Positions 1 through 15,100 of a stretch of DNA of 64,000 bases are shown here, piece by piece (within the stretch, counting starts at the first letter, position 1; each line of letters starts with the position of its first letter). The DNA lies in the NCBI RefSeq assembly GCF_910592395.1, contig NC_088308.1, positions 1,736,001-1,800,000 of the forward strand, given 5' to 3'. Origin of the DNA: Lineus longissimus (lineage: Eukaryota). The position numbers were made by a program, and so were the translations under genes. Under the pieces are notes generated by a model. It had not been told where the DNA came from and did not search any database. It worked only from the letters and a program-made list of their open reading frames with translations.

Positions 1-152
1 GTCGTGCTGAGAAGATAGTGAAAGAGAATTACAAGTTACTACCAGTTATCAAAGAATATCTGACCGAGTCGATCACTATCGACATTGTTGTCAAAGTAAA
101 GAGAAATATTTAACTCAACATGCTTCTAGATATTTTTATGTCAATATTTCAG

Positions 153-194
153 CATGTGGTGTAGGCTTCAGATGGAAAAAGGGAAAATGCCGCT
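153..194 (+). CDS. Array exon A, unit 1 (representative of 42 copies): (A)CGVG[Y/F]RWKKGKCR, 42 nt, phase 1-1
   Basis: Acceptor atatttcag|CA and donor CGCT|gtaagt. No stop codons seen in the copies inspected. Unit 2 copy is 920-961; unit 42 copy is 30951-30992. Confidence 0.85.
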
Positions 195-3100
195 GTAAGT
201 TGTGTACTAACCTAGAAATCAAACACCTCAGATCCAAAAAAAACCTAACTGGTAATGCAGCCACCTGGCCCAAACTCTTGACTTTTCGAAATAAAGAATT
301 GATAATGCGGGTGAGGTAACAACAAGAGCATGTTTGGTTTCCTCAAAGGGTACTACAGCACCTAAAGACCCTTTGGCCTAAACAGTTAGCTACATTTACT
401 TTGCCAGTAGAAAAAAAGAAGTCTTGCTGACTGAACAAGCTCGACCTTATTTTCTGATTGTCTTTCACTTTGTAGTCTACAAATGCCCATCTGGTTATAA
501 AAAAGTTCGGACTGGCATATTGAGACGGAGGACAGTCTGCAGGAAAAAAGGTGCGTTTGATTTTATTTTTTCTCTTCGACGTATTTCGCAAGCTTCTTAG
601 ATTTACTTTACCTCCATTTTCATTTAGGAATGTTCAGAGAGGACTAAGGGCCGGGCCATGTCCACAGCCACTGTTATATTTCGTCTTTCCACTGCTGCTG
701 TGTATCACCCACACATGTTATTATAGTCTCAAGATTCTAGGATACAGTCGCAAGAAAATGTTATCTGTCGTGCTGAGAAGATAGTGAAAGAGAATTACAA
801 GTTACTACCAGTTATCAAAGAATATCTGACCGAGTCGATCACTATCGACATTTGTTGTCAGAGTAAAGACAAAGATTTAACTCAACAGGCTTCTACAAAT
901 TTCTATGTCAATATTTCAGCATGTGGTGTGGGCTACAGACGGAAAAAAGGAAAATGCCGCTGTAAGTTGTGTACTAACCAAGAAATAAAGCACTTCAGAT
1001 CAAAACAAACCTAACTGGAAATACAGACACCTGGCTGAAACTCTTGACTTTTCGAAATAAAGAATTGATAATGCGGGTGAGGTAACAACAAGAGCATGGT
1101 TGGTTTCCTAAAAGGGTACTACAGCACCTAAAGACCCTTTGGCCTAAACAGTTAGCTACATTTACTTTGCCAGTAGAAAAAAAGAAGTCTTGCTGACTGA
1201 ACAAGCTCGACCTTATTTTCTGATTGTCTTTCACTTTGTAGTCTACAAATGCCCATCTGGTTATAAAAAAGTTCGGACTGGCATATGGAGACGGAGGACA
1301 ATCTGCAGGAAAAAAGGTGCGTTTAATTTTATTTTTTCTCTTTGAATTTCTTCCCATGCTTCATAGATTCGTTTTACCTCCATTTTCATTTAGTAAAAAT
1401 ATTCTCTGGTCTGCTTAGAACAAAGTGAAAGGGAATTGACAGTTACTACCAGTAATCAATGTATATCTGACCGAGTCAATCACTATCGACATTGTTGTCA
1501 GAGTAAAGAGAAAGATTTAACTCAACATGCTTCTAGATATTTTTATGTCAATATTTCAGCATGTGGTGTAGGCTACAGATGGAAAAAGGGAAAATGCCGC
1601 TGTAAGTTGTATACTAATCTAGAAATCAAACACCTCTGATCCAAAAAAAACCTAACTGGTAATGCAGCCACCTGGCCCAAACTCTTGACTTTTCGAAATA
1701 AAGAATTGATAATGCGGGTGAGGTAACAACAAGAGCATGTTTGGTTTCCTAAAAGGGTCCTACAGCACCTAAAGTCCATTTGGCCTAAACAGTTAGCTAC
1801 ATTTACTTTGCCAGTAGAAAAAAAGAAGTCTTGCTGACTGAACAAGCTCGACCTTATTTTCTGATTGTCTTTCACTTTGTAGTCTACAAATGCCCATCTG
1901 GTTATAAAAAAGTTCGGACTGGCATATGGAGACGGAGGACAATCTGCAGGAAAAAAGGTGCGTTTGATTTTATTTTTTCTCTTTGAATTTCTTCCCATGC
2001 TTCATAGATTCGTTTTACCTACATTTTCATTTAGTAAAAATGTTCTCTGGCCTGCTTAGAAGAAAGGGAAAGGGAATTGACAGTTACTACCAGTAATCAA
2101 TGTATATCTGACCGAGTCGATCACTATCGACATTTGTTGTCAGAGTAAAGACAAAGATTTAACTCAACAGGCTTCTACAAATTTCTATATAAATATTTCA
2201 GCATGTGGTGTGGGCTACAGATGGAAAAAAGGAAAATGCCGCTGTAAGTTGTGTACTAACCAAGAAATAAAGCACTTCAGATCAAAACAAACCTAACTGG
2301 AAATACAGACACCTGGCTGAAACTCTTGACTTTTCGAAATAAAGAATTGATAATGCGGGTGAGGTAACAACAAGAGCATGGTTGGTTTCCTAAAAGGGTA
2401 CTACAGCACCTAAAGACCCTTTGGCCTAAACAGTTAGCTACATTTACTTTGCCAGTAGAAAAAAAGAAGTCTTGCTGACTGAAAAAGCTCGACCTTATTT
2501 TCTGATTGTCTTTCACTTTGTAGTCTACAAATGCCCATCTGGTTATAAAAAAGTTCGGACTGGCATATTGAGACGGAGGACAGTCTGCAGGAAAAAAGGT
2601 GCGTTTGATTTTATTTTTTCTCTTCGACGTATTTCGCAAGCTTCTTAGATTTACTTTACCTCCATTTTCATTTAGGAATGTTCAGAGAGGACTAAGGGCC
2701 GGGCCATGTCCACAGCCACTGTTATATTTCGTCTTTCCACTGCTGCTGTGTATCACCCACACATGTTATTATAGTCTCAAGATTCTAGGATACAGTCTCA
2801 AGAAAATGTTATCTGTCGTGCTGAGAAGATAGTGAAAGAGAATTACAAGTTACTACCAGTTATCAAAGAATATCTGACCGAGTCGATCACTATCGACATT
2901 GTTGTCAGAGTAAAGAGAAAGATTTAACTCAACATGCTTCTAGATATTTTTATGTCAATATTTCAGCATGTGGTGTAGGCTACAGATGGAAAAAGGGAAA
3001 ATGCCGCTGTAAGTTGTGTACTAACCTAGAAATCAAACACCTCAGATTCAAAAAAAACCTAACTGGTAATGCAGCCACCTGGCCCAAACTCTTGACTTTT

Positions 3101-6100
3101 CGAAATAAAGAATTGATAATGCGGGTGAGGTAACAACAAGAGCATGTTTGGTTTCCTAAAAGGGTACTACAGCACCTAAAGACCCTTTGGCCTAAACAGT
3201 TAGCTACATTTACTTTGCCAGTAGAAAAAAAGAAGTCTTGCTGACTGAACAAGCTCGACCTTATTTTCTGATTGTCTTTCACTTTGTAGTCTACAAATGC
3301 CCATCTGGTTATAAAAAAGTTCGGACTGGCATATTGAGACGGAGGACAGTCTGCAGGAAAAAAGGTGCGTTTGATTTTATTTTTTCTCTTCGACGTATTT
3401 CGCAAGCTTCTTAGATTTTCTTTACCTCCATTTTCATTTAGGAATGTTCAGAGAGGACTAAGGGCCGGGCCATGTCCACAGCCACTGTTATATTTCGTCT
3501 TTCCACTGCTGCTGTGTATCACCCACACATGTTATTATAGTCTCAAGATTCTAGGATACAGTCGCAAGAAAATGTTATCTGTCGTGCTGAGAAGATAGTG
3601 AAAGAGAATTACAAGTTAATACCAGTTATCAAAGAATATCTGACCGAGTCGATCACTATCGACATTGTTGTCAGAGTAAAGAGAAAGATTTAACTCAACA
3701 TGCTTCTAGATATTTTTATGTCAATATTTCAGCATGTGGTGTAGGCTACAGATGGAAAAAGGGAAAATGCCGCTGTAAGTTGTGTACTAACCTAGAAATC
3801 AAACACCTCAGATCCAAAAAAAAACTAACTGGTAATGCAGCCACCTGGCCCAAACTCTTGACTTTTCGAAATAAAGAATTGATAATGCGGGTGAGGTAAC
3901 AACAAGAGCATGTTTGGTTTCCTAAAAGGGTACTACAGCACCTAAAGACCCTTTGGCCTAAACAGTTAGCTACATTTACTTTGCCAGTAGAAAAAAAGAA
4001 GTCTTGCTGACTGAACAAGCTCGACCTTATTTTCTGATTGTCTTTCACTTTGTAGTCTACAAATGCCCATCTGGTTATAAAAAAGTTCGGACTGGCATAT
4101 TGAGACGGAGGACAGTCTGCAGGAAAAAAGGTGCGTTTGATTTTATTTTTTCTCTTCGACGTATTTCGCAAGCTTCTTAGATTTTCTTTACCTCCATTTT
4201 CATTTAGGAATGTTCAGAGAGGACTAAGGGCCGGGCCATGTCCACAGCCACTGTTATATTTCGTCTTTCCACTGCTGCTGTGTATCACCCACACATGTTA
4301 TTATAGTCTCAAGATTCTAGGATACAGTCGCAAGAAAATGTTATCTGTCGTGCTGAGAAGATAGTGAAAGAGAATTACAAGTTAATACCAGTTATCAAAG
4401 AATATCTGACCGAGTCGATCACTATCGACATTGTTGTCAGAGTAAAGAGAAAGATTTAACTCAACATGCTTCTAGATATTTTTATGTCAATATTTCAGCA
4501 TGTGGTGTAGGCTACAGATGGAAAAAGGGAAAATGCCGCTGTAAGTTGTGTACTAACCTAGAAATCAAACACCTCAGATCCAAAAAAAAACTAACTGGTA
4601 ATGCAGCCACCTGGCCCAAACTCTTGACTTTTCGAAATAAAGAATTGATAATGCGGGTGAGGTAACAACAAGAGCATGTTTGGTTTCCTAAAAGGGTACT
4701 ACAGCACCTAAAGACCCTTTGGCCTAAACAGTTAGCTACATTTACTTTGCCAGTAGAAAAAAAGAAGTCTTGCTGACTGAACAAGCTCGACCTTATTTTC
4801 TGATTGTCTTTCACTTTGTAGTCTACAAATGCCCATCTGGTTATAAAAAAGTTCGGACTGGCATATTGAGACGGAGGACAGTCTGCAGGAAAAAAGGTGC
4901 GTTTGATTTTATTTTTTCTCTTCGACGTATTTCGCAAGCTTCTTAGATTTACTTTACCTCCATTTTCATTTAGGAATGTTCAGAGAGGACTAAGGGCCGG
5001 GCCATGTCCACAGCCACTGTTATATTTCGTCTTTCCACTGCTGCTGTGTATCACCCACACATGTTATTATAGTCTCAAGATTCTAGGATACAGTCGCAAG
5101 AAAATGTTATCTGTCGTGCTGAGAAGATAGTGAAAGAGAATTACAAGTTACTACCAGTTATCAAAGAATATCTGACCGAGTCGATCACTATCGACATTGT
5201 TGTCAGAGTAAAGAGAAAGATTTAACTCAACATGCTTCTAGATATTTTTATGTCAATATTTCAGCATGTGGTGTAGGCTACAGATGGAAAAAGGGAAAAT
5301 GCCGCTGTAAGTTGTGTACTAACCTAGAAATCAAACACCTCAGATCCAAAAAAAACCTAACTGGTAATGCAGCCACCTGGCCCAAACTCTTGACTTTTCG
5401 AAATAAAGAATTGATAATGCGGGTGAGGTAACAACAAGAGCATGATTGGTTTCCTAAAAGGGTACTACAGCACCTAAAGACCCTTTGGCCTAAACAGTTA
5501 GCTACATTTACTTTGCCAGTAGAAAAAAAGAAGTCTTGCTGACTGAACAAGCTCGACCTTATTTTCTGATTGTCTTTCACTTTGTAGTCTACAAATGCCC
5601 ATCTGGTTATAAAAAAGTTCGGACTGGCATATTGAGACGGAGGACAGTCTGCAGGAAAAAAGGTGCGTTTGATTTTATTTTTTCTCTTCGACGTATTTCG
5701 CAAGCTTCTTAGATTTACTTTACCTCCATTTTCATTTAGGAATGTTCAGAGAGGACTAAGGGCCGGGCCATGTCCACAGCCACTGTTATATTTCGTCTTT
5801 CCACTGCTGCTGTGTATCACCCACACATGTTATTATAGTCTCAAGATTCTAGGATACAGTCGCAAGAAAATGTTATCTGTCGTGCTGAGAAGATAGTGAA
5901 AGAGAATTACAAGTTACTACCAGTTATCAAAGAATATCTGACCGAGTCGATCACTATCGACATTGTTGTCAGAGTAAAGAGAAAGATTTAACTCAACATG
6001 CTTCTAGATATTTTTATGTCAATATTTCAGCATGTGGTGTAGGCTACAGATGGAAAAAGGGAAAATGCCGCTGTAAGTTGTGTACTAACCTAGAAATCAA

Positions 6101-9100
6101 ACACCTCAGATCCAAAAAAAACCTAACTGGTAATGCAGCCACCTGGCCCAAACTCTTGACTTTTCGAAATAAAGAATTGATAATGCGGGTGAGGTAACAA
6201 CAAGAGCATGTTTGGTTTCCTAAAAGGGTACTACAGCACCTAAAGACCCTTTGGCCTAAACAGTTAGCTACATTTACTTTGCCAGTAGAAAAAAAGAAGT
6301 CTTGCTGACTGAACAAGCTCGACCTTATTTTCTGATTGTCTTTCACTTTGTAGTCTACAAATGCCCATCTGGTTATAAAAAAGTTCGGACTGGCATATTG
6401 AGACGGAGGACAGTCTGCAGGAAAAAAGGTGCGTTTGATTTTATTTTTTCTCTTCGACGTATTTCGCAAGCTTCTTAGATTTACTTTACCTCCATTTTCA
6501 TTTAGGAATGTTCAGAGAGGACTAAGGGCCGGGCCATGTCCACAGCCACTGTTATATTTCGTCTTTCCACTGCTGGTGTGTATCACCCACACATGTTATT
6601 ATAGTCTCAAGATTCTAGGATACAGTCGCAAGAAAATGTTATCTGTCGTGCTGAGAAGATAGTGAAAGAGAATTACAAGTTACTACCAGTTATCAAAGAA
6701 TATCTGACCGAGTCGATCACTATCGACATTGTTGTCAGAGTAAAGAGAAAGATTTAACTCAACATGCTTCTAGATATTTTTATGTCAATATTTCAGCATG
6801 TGGTGTAGGCTACAGATGGAAAAAGGGAAAATGCCGCTGTAAGTTGTGTACTAACCTAGAAATCAAACACCTCAGATCCAAAAAAAACCTAACTGGTAAT
6901 GCAGCCACCTGGCCCAAACTCTTGACTTTTCGAAATAAAGAATTGATAATGCGGGTGAGGTAACAACAAGAGCATGTTTGGTTTCCTAAAAGGGTACTAC
7001 AGCACCTAAAGACCCTTTGGCCTAAACAGTTAGCTACATTTACTTTGCCAGTAGAAAAAAAGAAGTCTTGCTGACTGAAAAAGCTCGACCTTATTTTCTG
7101 ATTGTCTTTCACTTTGTAGTCTACAAATGCCCATCTGGTTATAAAAAAGTTCGGACTGGCATATTGAGACGGAGGACAGTCTGCAGGAAAAAAGGTGCGT
7201 TTGATTTTATTTTTTCTCTTCGACGTATTTCGCAAGCTTCTTAGATTTACTTTACCTCCATTTTCATTTAGGAATGTTCAGAGAGGACTAAGGGCCGGGC
7301 CATGTCCACAGCCACTGTTATATTTCGTCTTTCCACTGCTGCTGTGTATCACCCACACATGTTATTATAGTCTCAAGATTCTAGGATACAGTCGCAAGAA
7401 AATGTTATCTGTCGTGCTGAGAAGATAGTGAAAGAGAATTACAAGTTACTACCAGTTATCAAAGAATATCTGACCGAGTCGATCACTATCGACATTGTTG
7501 TCAGAGTAAAGAGAAAGATTTAACTCAACATGCTTCTAGATATTTTTATGTCAATATTTCAGCATGTGGTGTAGGCTACAGATGGAAAAAGGGAAAATGC
7601 CGCTGTAAGTTGTGTACTAACCTAGAAATCAAACACCTCAGATCCAAAAAAAACCTAACTGGTAATGCAGCCACCTGGCCCAAACTCTTGACTTTTCGAA
7701 ATAAAGAATTGATAATGCGGGTGAGGTAACAACAAGAGCATGTTTGGTTTCCTAAAAGGGTACTACAGCACCTAAAGACCCTTTGGCCTAAACAGTTAGC
7801 TACATTTACTTTGCCAGTAGAAAAAAAGAAGTCTTGCTGACTGAACAAGCTCGACCTTATTTTCTGATTGTCTTTCACTTTGTAGTCTACAAATGCCCAT
7901 CTGGTTATAAAAAAGTTCGGACTGGCATATGGAGACGGAGGACAATCTGCAGGAAAAAAGGTGCGTTTGATTTTATTTTTTCTCTTTGAATTTCTTCCCA
8001 TGCTTCATAGATTCGTTTTACCTACATTTTCATTAAGTAAAAATGTTCTCTGGCCTGCTTAGAAGAAAGGGAAAGGGAATTGACAGTTACTACCAGTAAT
8101 CAATGTATATCTGACCGAGTCGATCACTATCGACATTTGTTGTCAGAGTAAAGACAAAGATTTAACTCAACAGGCTTCTACAAATTTCTATGTCAATATT
8201 TCAGCATGTGGTGTGGGCTACAGATGGAAAAAAGGAAAATGCCGCTGTAAGTTGTGTACTAACCAAGAAATAAAGCACTTCAGATCAAAACAAACCTAAC
8301 TGGAAATACAGACACCTGGCTGAAACTCTTGACTTTTCGAAATAAAGAATTGATAATGCGGGTGAGGTAACAACAAGAGCATGTTTGGTTTCCTAAAAGG
8401 GTACTACAGCACCTAAAGACCCTTTGGCCTAAACAGTTAGCTACATTTACTTTGCCAGTAGAAAAAAAGAAGTCTTGCTGACTGAACAAGCTCGACCTTA
8501 TTTTCTGATTGTCTTTCACTTTGTAGTCTACAAATGCCCATCTGGTTATAAAAAAGTTCGGACTGGCATATTGAGACGGAGGACAGTCTGCAGAAAAAAA
8601 AAAGGTGCGTTTGATTTTATTTTTTCTCTTCGACGTATTTCGCAAGCTTCTTAGATTTACTTTACCTCCATTTTCATTTAGGAATGTTCAGAGAGGACTA
8701 AGGGCCGGGCCATGTCCACAGCCACTGTTATATTTCGTCTTTCCACTGCTGCTGTGTATCACCCACACATGTTATTATAGTCTCAAGATTCTAGGATACA
8801 GTCGCAAGAAAATGTTATCTGTCGTGCTGAGAAGATAGTGAAAGAGAATTACAAGTTACTACCAGTTATCAAAGAATATCTGACCGAGTCGATCACTATC
8901 GACATTGTTGTCAGAGTAAAGAGAAAGATTTAACTCAACATGCTTCTAGATATTTTTATGTCAATATTTCAGCATGTGGTGTAGGCTACAGATGGAAAAA
9001 GGGAAAATGCCGCTGTAAGTTGTGTACTAACCTAGAAATCAAACACCTCAGATCCAAAAAAAACCTAACTGGTAATGCAGCCACCTGGCCCAAACTCTTG

Positions 9101-12100
9101 ACTTTTCGAAATAAAGAATTGATAATGCGGGTGAGGTAACAACAAGAGCATGTTTGGTTTCCTAAAAGGGTACTACAGCACCTAAAGACCCTTTGGCCTA
9201 AACAGTTAGCTACATTTACTTTGCCAGTAGAAAAAAAGAAGTCTTGCTGACTGAAAAAGCTCGACCTTATTTTCTGATTGTCTTTCACTTTGTAGTCTAC
9301 AAATGCCCATCTGGTTATAAAAAAGTTCGGACTGGCATATTGAGACGGAGGACAATCTGCAGGAAAAAAAAAGGTGCGTTTGATTTTATTTTTTCTCTTC
9401 GACGTATTTCGCAAGCTTCTTAGATTTACTTTACCTCCATTTTCATTTAGGAATGTTCAGAGAGGACTAAGGGCCGGGCCATGTCCACAGCCACTGTTAT
9501 ATTTCGTCTTTCCACTGCTGCTGTGTATCACCCACACATGTTATTATAGTCTCAAGATTCTAGGATACAGTCGCAAGAAAATGTTATCTGTCGTGCTGAG
9601 AAGATAGTGAAAGAGAATTACAAGTTACTACCAGTTATCAAAGAATATCTGACCGAGTCGATCACTATCGACATTGTTGTCAGAGTAAAGAGAAAGATTT
9701 AACTCAACATGCTTCTAGATATTTTTATGTCAATATTTCAGCATGTGGTGTAGGCTACAGATGGAAAAAGGGAAAATGCCGCTGTAAGTTGTGTACTAAC
9801 CTAGAAATCAAACACCTCAGATCCAAAAAAAATCTAACTGGTAATGCAGCCACCTGGCCCAAACTCTTGACTTTTCGAAATAAAGAATTGATAATGCGGG
9901 TGAGGTAACAACAAGAACATGTTTGGTTTCCTAAAAGGGTACTACAGGACCTAAAGACCCTTTGGCCTAAACAGTTAGCTACATTTACTTTGCCAGTAGA
10001 AAAAAAGAAGTCTTGCTGACTGAACAAGCTCGACCTTATTTTCTGATTGTCTTTCACTTTGTAGTCTACAAATGCCCATCTGGTTATAAAAAAGTTCGGA
10101 CTGGCATATTGAGACGGAGGACAGTCTGCAGGAAAAAAGGTGCGTTTGATTTTATTTTTTCTCTTCGACGTATTTCGCAAGCTTCTTAGATTTACTTTAC
10201 CTCCATTTTCATTTAGGAATGTTCAGAGAGGACTAAGGGCCGGGCCATGTCCACAGCCACTGTTATATTTCGTCTTTCCACTGCTGCTGTGTATCACCGA
10301 CACATGTTATTATAGTCTCAAGATTCTAGGATACAGTCGCAAGAAAATGTTATCTGTCGTGCTGAGAAGATAGTGAAAGAGAATTACAAGTTACTACCAG
10401 TTATCAAAGAATATCTGACCGAGTCGATCACTATCGACATTGTTGTCAGAGTAAAGAGAAAGATTTAACTCAACATGCTTCTAGATATTTTTATGTCAAT
10501 ATTTCAGCATGTGGTGTAGGCTACAGATGGAAAAAGGGAAAATGCCGCTGTAAGTTGTGTACTAACCTAGAAATCAAACACCTCAGATCCAAAAAAAACC
10601 TAACTGGTAATGCAGCCACCTGGCCCAAACTCTTGACTTTTCGAAATAAAGAATTGATAATGCGGGTGAGGTAACAACAAGAGCATGTTTGGTTTCCTAA
10701 AAGGGTACTACAGCACCTAAAGACCCTTTGGCCTAAACAGTTAGCTACATTTACTTTGCCAGTAGAAAAAAAGAAGTCTTGCTGACTGAAAAAGCTCGAC
10801 CTTATTTTCTGATTGTCTTTCACTTTGTAGTCTACAAATGCCCATCTGGTTATAAAAAAGTTCGGACTGGCATATTGAGACGGAGGACAGTCTGCAGGAA
10901 AAAAGGTGCGTTTGATTTTATTTTTTCTCTTCGACGTATTTCGCAAGCTTCTTAGATTTACTTTACCTCCATTTTCATTTAGGAATGTTCAGAGAGGACT
11001 AAGGGCCGGGCCATGTCCACAGCCACTGTTATATTTCGTCTTTCCACTGCTGCTGTGTATCACCGACACATGTTATTATAGTCTCAAGATTCTAGGATAC
11101 AGTCGCAAGAAAATGTTATCTGTCGTGCTGAGAAGATAGTGAAAGAGAATTACAAGTTACTACCAGTTATCAAAGAATATCTGACCGAGTCGATCACTAT
11201 CGACATTGTTGTCAGAGTAAAGAGAAAGATTTAACTCAACATGCTTCTAGATATTTTTATGTCAATATTTCAGCATGTGGTGTAGGCTACAGATGGAAAA
11301 AGGGAAAATGCCGCTGTAAGTTGTGTACTAACCTAGAAATCAAACACCTCAGATCCAAAAAAAACCTAACTGGTAATGCAGCCACCTGGCCCAAACTCTT
11401 GACTTTTCGAAATAAAGAATTGATAATGCGGGTGAGGTAACAACAAGAGCATGTTTGGTTTCCTAAAAGGGTACTACAGCACCTAAAGACCCTTTGGCCT
11501 AAACAGTTAGCTACATTTACTTTGCCAGTAGAAAAAAAGAAGTCTTGCTAACTGAACAAGCTCGACCTTATTTTCTGATTGTCTTTCACTTTGTAGTCTA
11601 CAAATGCCCATCTGGTTATAAAAAAGTTCGGACTGGCATATTGAGACGGAGGACAGTCTGCAGGAAAAAAGGTGCGTTTGATTTTATTTTTTCTCTTCGA
11701 CGTATTTCGCAAGCTTCTTAGATTTACTTTACCTCCATTTTCATTTAGGAATGTTCAGAGAGGACTAAGGGCCGGGCCATGTCCACAGCCACTGTTATAT
11801 TTCGTCTTTCCACTGCTGCTGTGTATCACCCACACATGTTATTATAGTCTCAAGATTCTAGGATACAGTCGCAAGAAAATGTTATCTGTCGTGCTGAGAA
11901 GATAGTGAAAGAGAATTACAAGTTACTACCAGTTATCAAAGAATATCTGACCGAGTCGATCACTATCGACATTGTTGTCAGAGTAAAGAGAAAGATTTAA
12001 CTCAACATGCTTCTAGATATTTTTATGTCAATATTTCAGCATGTGGTGTAGGCTACAGATGGAAAAAGGGAAAATGCCGCTGTAAGTTGTGTACTAACCT

Positions 12101-15100
12101 AGAAATCAAACACCTCAGATCCAAAAAAATCCTAACTGGTAATGCAGCCACCTGGCCCAAACTCTTGACTTTTCGAAATAAAGAATTGATAATGCGGGTG
12201 AGGTAACAACAAGAGCATGTTTGGTTTCCTAAAAGGGTACTACAGCACCTAAAGACCCTTTGGCCTAAACAGTTAGCTACATTTACTTTGCCAGTAGAAA
12301 AAAAGAAGTCTTGCTGACTGAACAAGCTCGACCTTATTTTCTGATTGTCTTTCACTTTGTAGTCTACAAATGCCCATCTGGTTATAAAAAAGTTCGGACT
12401 GGCATATGGAGACGGAGGACAATCTGCAGGAAAAAAGGTGCGTTTGATTTTATTTTTTCTCTTTGAATTTCTTCCCATCCTTCATAGATTCGTTTTACCT
12501 ACATTTTCATTTAGTAAAAATGTTCTCTGGCCTGCTTAGAAGAAAGGGAAAGGGAATTGACAGTTACTACCAGTAATCAATGTATATCTGACCGAGTCGA
12601 TCACTATCGACATTTGTTGTCAGAGTAAAGACAAAGATTTAACTCAACAGGCTTCTACAAATTTCTATGTCAATATTTCAGCATGTGGTGTGGGCTACAG
12701 ATGGAAAAAAGGAAAATGCCGCTGTAAGTTGTGTACTAACCAAGAAATAAAGCACTTCAGATCAAAACAAACCTAACTGGAAATACAGACACCTGGCTGA
12801 AACTCTTGACTTTTCGAAATAAAGAATTGATAATGCGGGTGAGGTAACAACAAGAGCATGGTTGGTTTCCTAAAAGGGTACTACAGCACCTAAAGACCCT
12901 TTGGCCTAAACAGTTAGCTACATTTACTTTGCCAGTAGAAAAAAAGAAGTCTTGCTGACTGAAAAAGCTCGACCTTATTTTCTGATTGTCTTTCACTTTG
13001 TAGTCTACAAATGCCCATCTGGTTATAAAAAAGTTCGGACTGGCATATTGAGACGGAGGACAGTCTGCAGGAAAAAAGGTGCGTTTGATTTTATTTTTTC
13101 TCTTCGACGTATTTCGCAAGCTTCTTAGATTTACTTTACCTCCATTTTCATTTAGGAATGTTCAGAGAGGACTAAGGGCCGGGCCATGTCCACAGCCACT
13201 GTTATATTTCGTCTTTCCACTGCTGCTGTGTATCACCCACACATGTTATTATAGTCTCAAGATTCTAGGATACAGTAGCAAGAAAATGTTATCTGTCGTG
13301 CTGAGAAGATAGTGAAAGAGAATTACAAGTTACTACCAGTTATCAAAGAATATCTGACCGAGTCGATCACTATCGACATTGTTGTCAGAGTAAAGAGAAA
13401 GATTTAACTCAACATGCTTCTAGATATTTTTATGTCAATATTTCAGCATGTGGTGTAGGCTACAGATGGAAAAAGGGAAAATGCCGCTGTAAGTTGTGTA
13501 CTAACCTAGAAATCAAACACCTCAGATTCAAAAAAAAACTAACTGGTAATGCAGCCACCTGGCCCAAACTCTTGACTTTTCGAAATAAAGAATTGATAAT
13601 GCGGGTGAGGTAACAACAAGAGCATGTTTGGTTTCCTAAAAGGGTACTACAGCACCTAAAGACCCTTTGGCCTAAACAGTTAGCTACATTTACTTTGCCA
13701 GTAGAAAAAAAGAAGTCTTGCTGACTGAACAAGCTCGACCTTATTTTCTGATTGTCTTTCACTTTGTAGTCTACAAATGCCCATCTGGTTATAAAAAAGT
13801 TCGGACTGGCATATTGAGACGGAGGACAGTCTGCAGGAAAAAAGGTGCGTTTGATTTTATTTTTTCTCTTCGACGTATTTCGCAAGCTTCTTAGATTTAC
13901 TTTACCTCCATTTTCATTTAGGAATGTTCAGAGAGGACTAAGGGCCGGGCCATGTCCACAGCCACTGTTATATTTCGTCTTTCCACTGCTGCTGTGTATC
14001 ACCGACACATGTTATTATAGTCTCAAGATTCTAGGATACAGTCGCAAGAAAATGTTATCTGTCGTGCTGAGAAGATAGTGAAAGAGAATTACAAGTTACT
14101 ACCAGTTATCAAAGAATATCTGACCGAGTCGATCACTATCGACATTGTTGTCAGAGTAAAGAGAAAGATTTAACTCAACATGCTTCTAGATATTTTTATG
14201 TCAATATTTCAGCATGTGGTGTAGGCTACAGATGGAAAAAGGGAAAATGCCGCTGTAAGTTGTGTACTAACCTAGAAATCAAACACCTCAGATCCAAAAA
14301 AAACCTAACTGGTAATGCAGCCACCTGGCCCAAACTCTTGACTTTTCGAAATAAAGAATTGATAATGCGGGTGAGGTAACAACAAGAGCATGTTTGGTTT
14401 CCTAAAAGGGTACTACAGCACCTAAAGACCCTTTGGCCTAAACAGTTAGCTACATTTACTTTGCCAGTAGAAAAAAAGAAGTCTTGCTGACTGAACAAGC
14501 TCGACCTTATTTTCTGATTGTCTTTCACTTTGTAGTCTACAAATGCCCATCTGGTTATAAAAAAGTTCGGACTGGCATATTGAGACGGAGGACAGTCTGC
14601 AGGAAAAAAGGTGCGTTTGATTTTATTTTTTCTCTTCGACGTATTTCGCAAGCTTCTTAGATTTACTTTACCTCCATTTTCATTTAGGAATGTTCAGAGA
14701 GGACTAAGGGCCGGGCCATGTCCACAGCCACTGTTATATTTCGTCTTTCCACTGCTGCTGTGTATCACCCACACATGTTATTATAGTCTCAAGATTCTAG
14801 GATACAGTCGCAAGAAAATGTTATCTGTCGTGCTGAGAAGATAGTGAAAGAGAATTACAAGTTACTACCAGTTATCAAAGAATATCTGACCGAGTCGATC
14901 ACTATCGACATTGTTGTCAGAGTAAAGAGAAAGATTTAACTCAACATGCTTCTAGATATTTTTATGTCAATATTTCAGCATGTGGTGTAGGCTACAGATG
15001 GAAAAAGGGAAAATGCCGCTGTAAGTTGTGTACTAACCTAGAAATCAAACACCTCAGATCAAAAAAAAACCTAACTGGTAATGCAGCCACCTGGCCCAAA

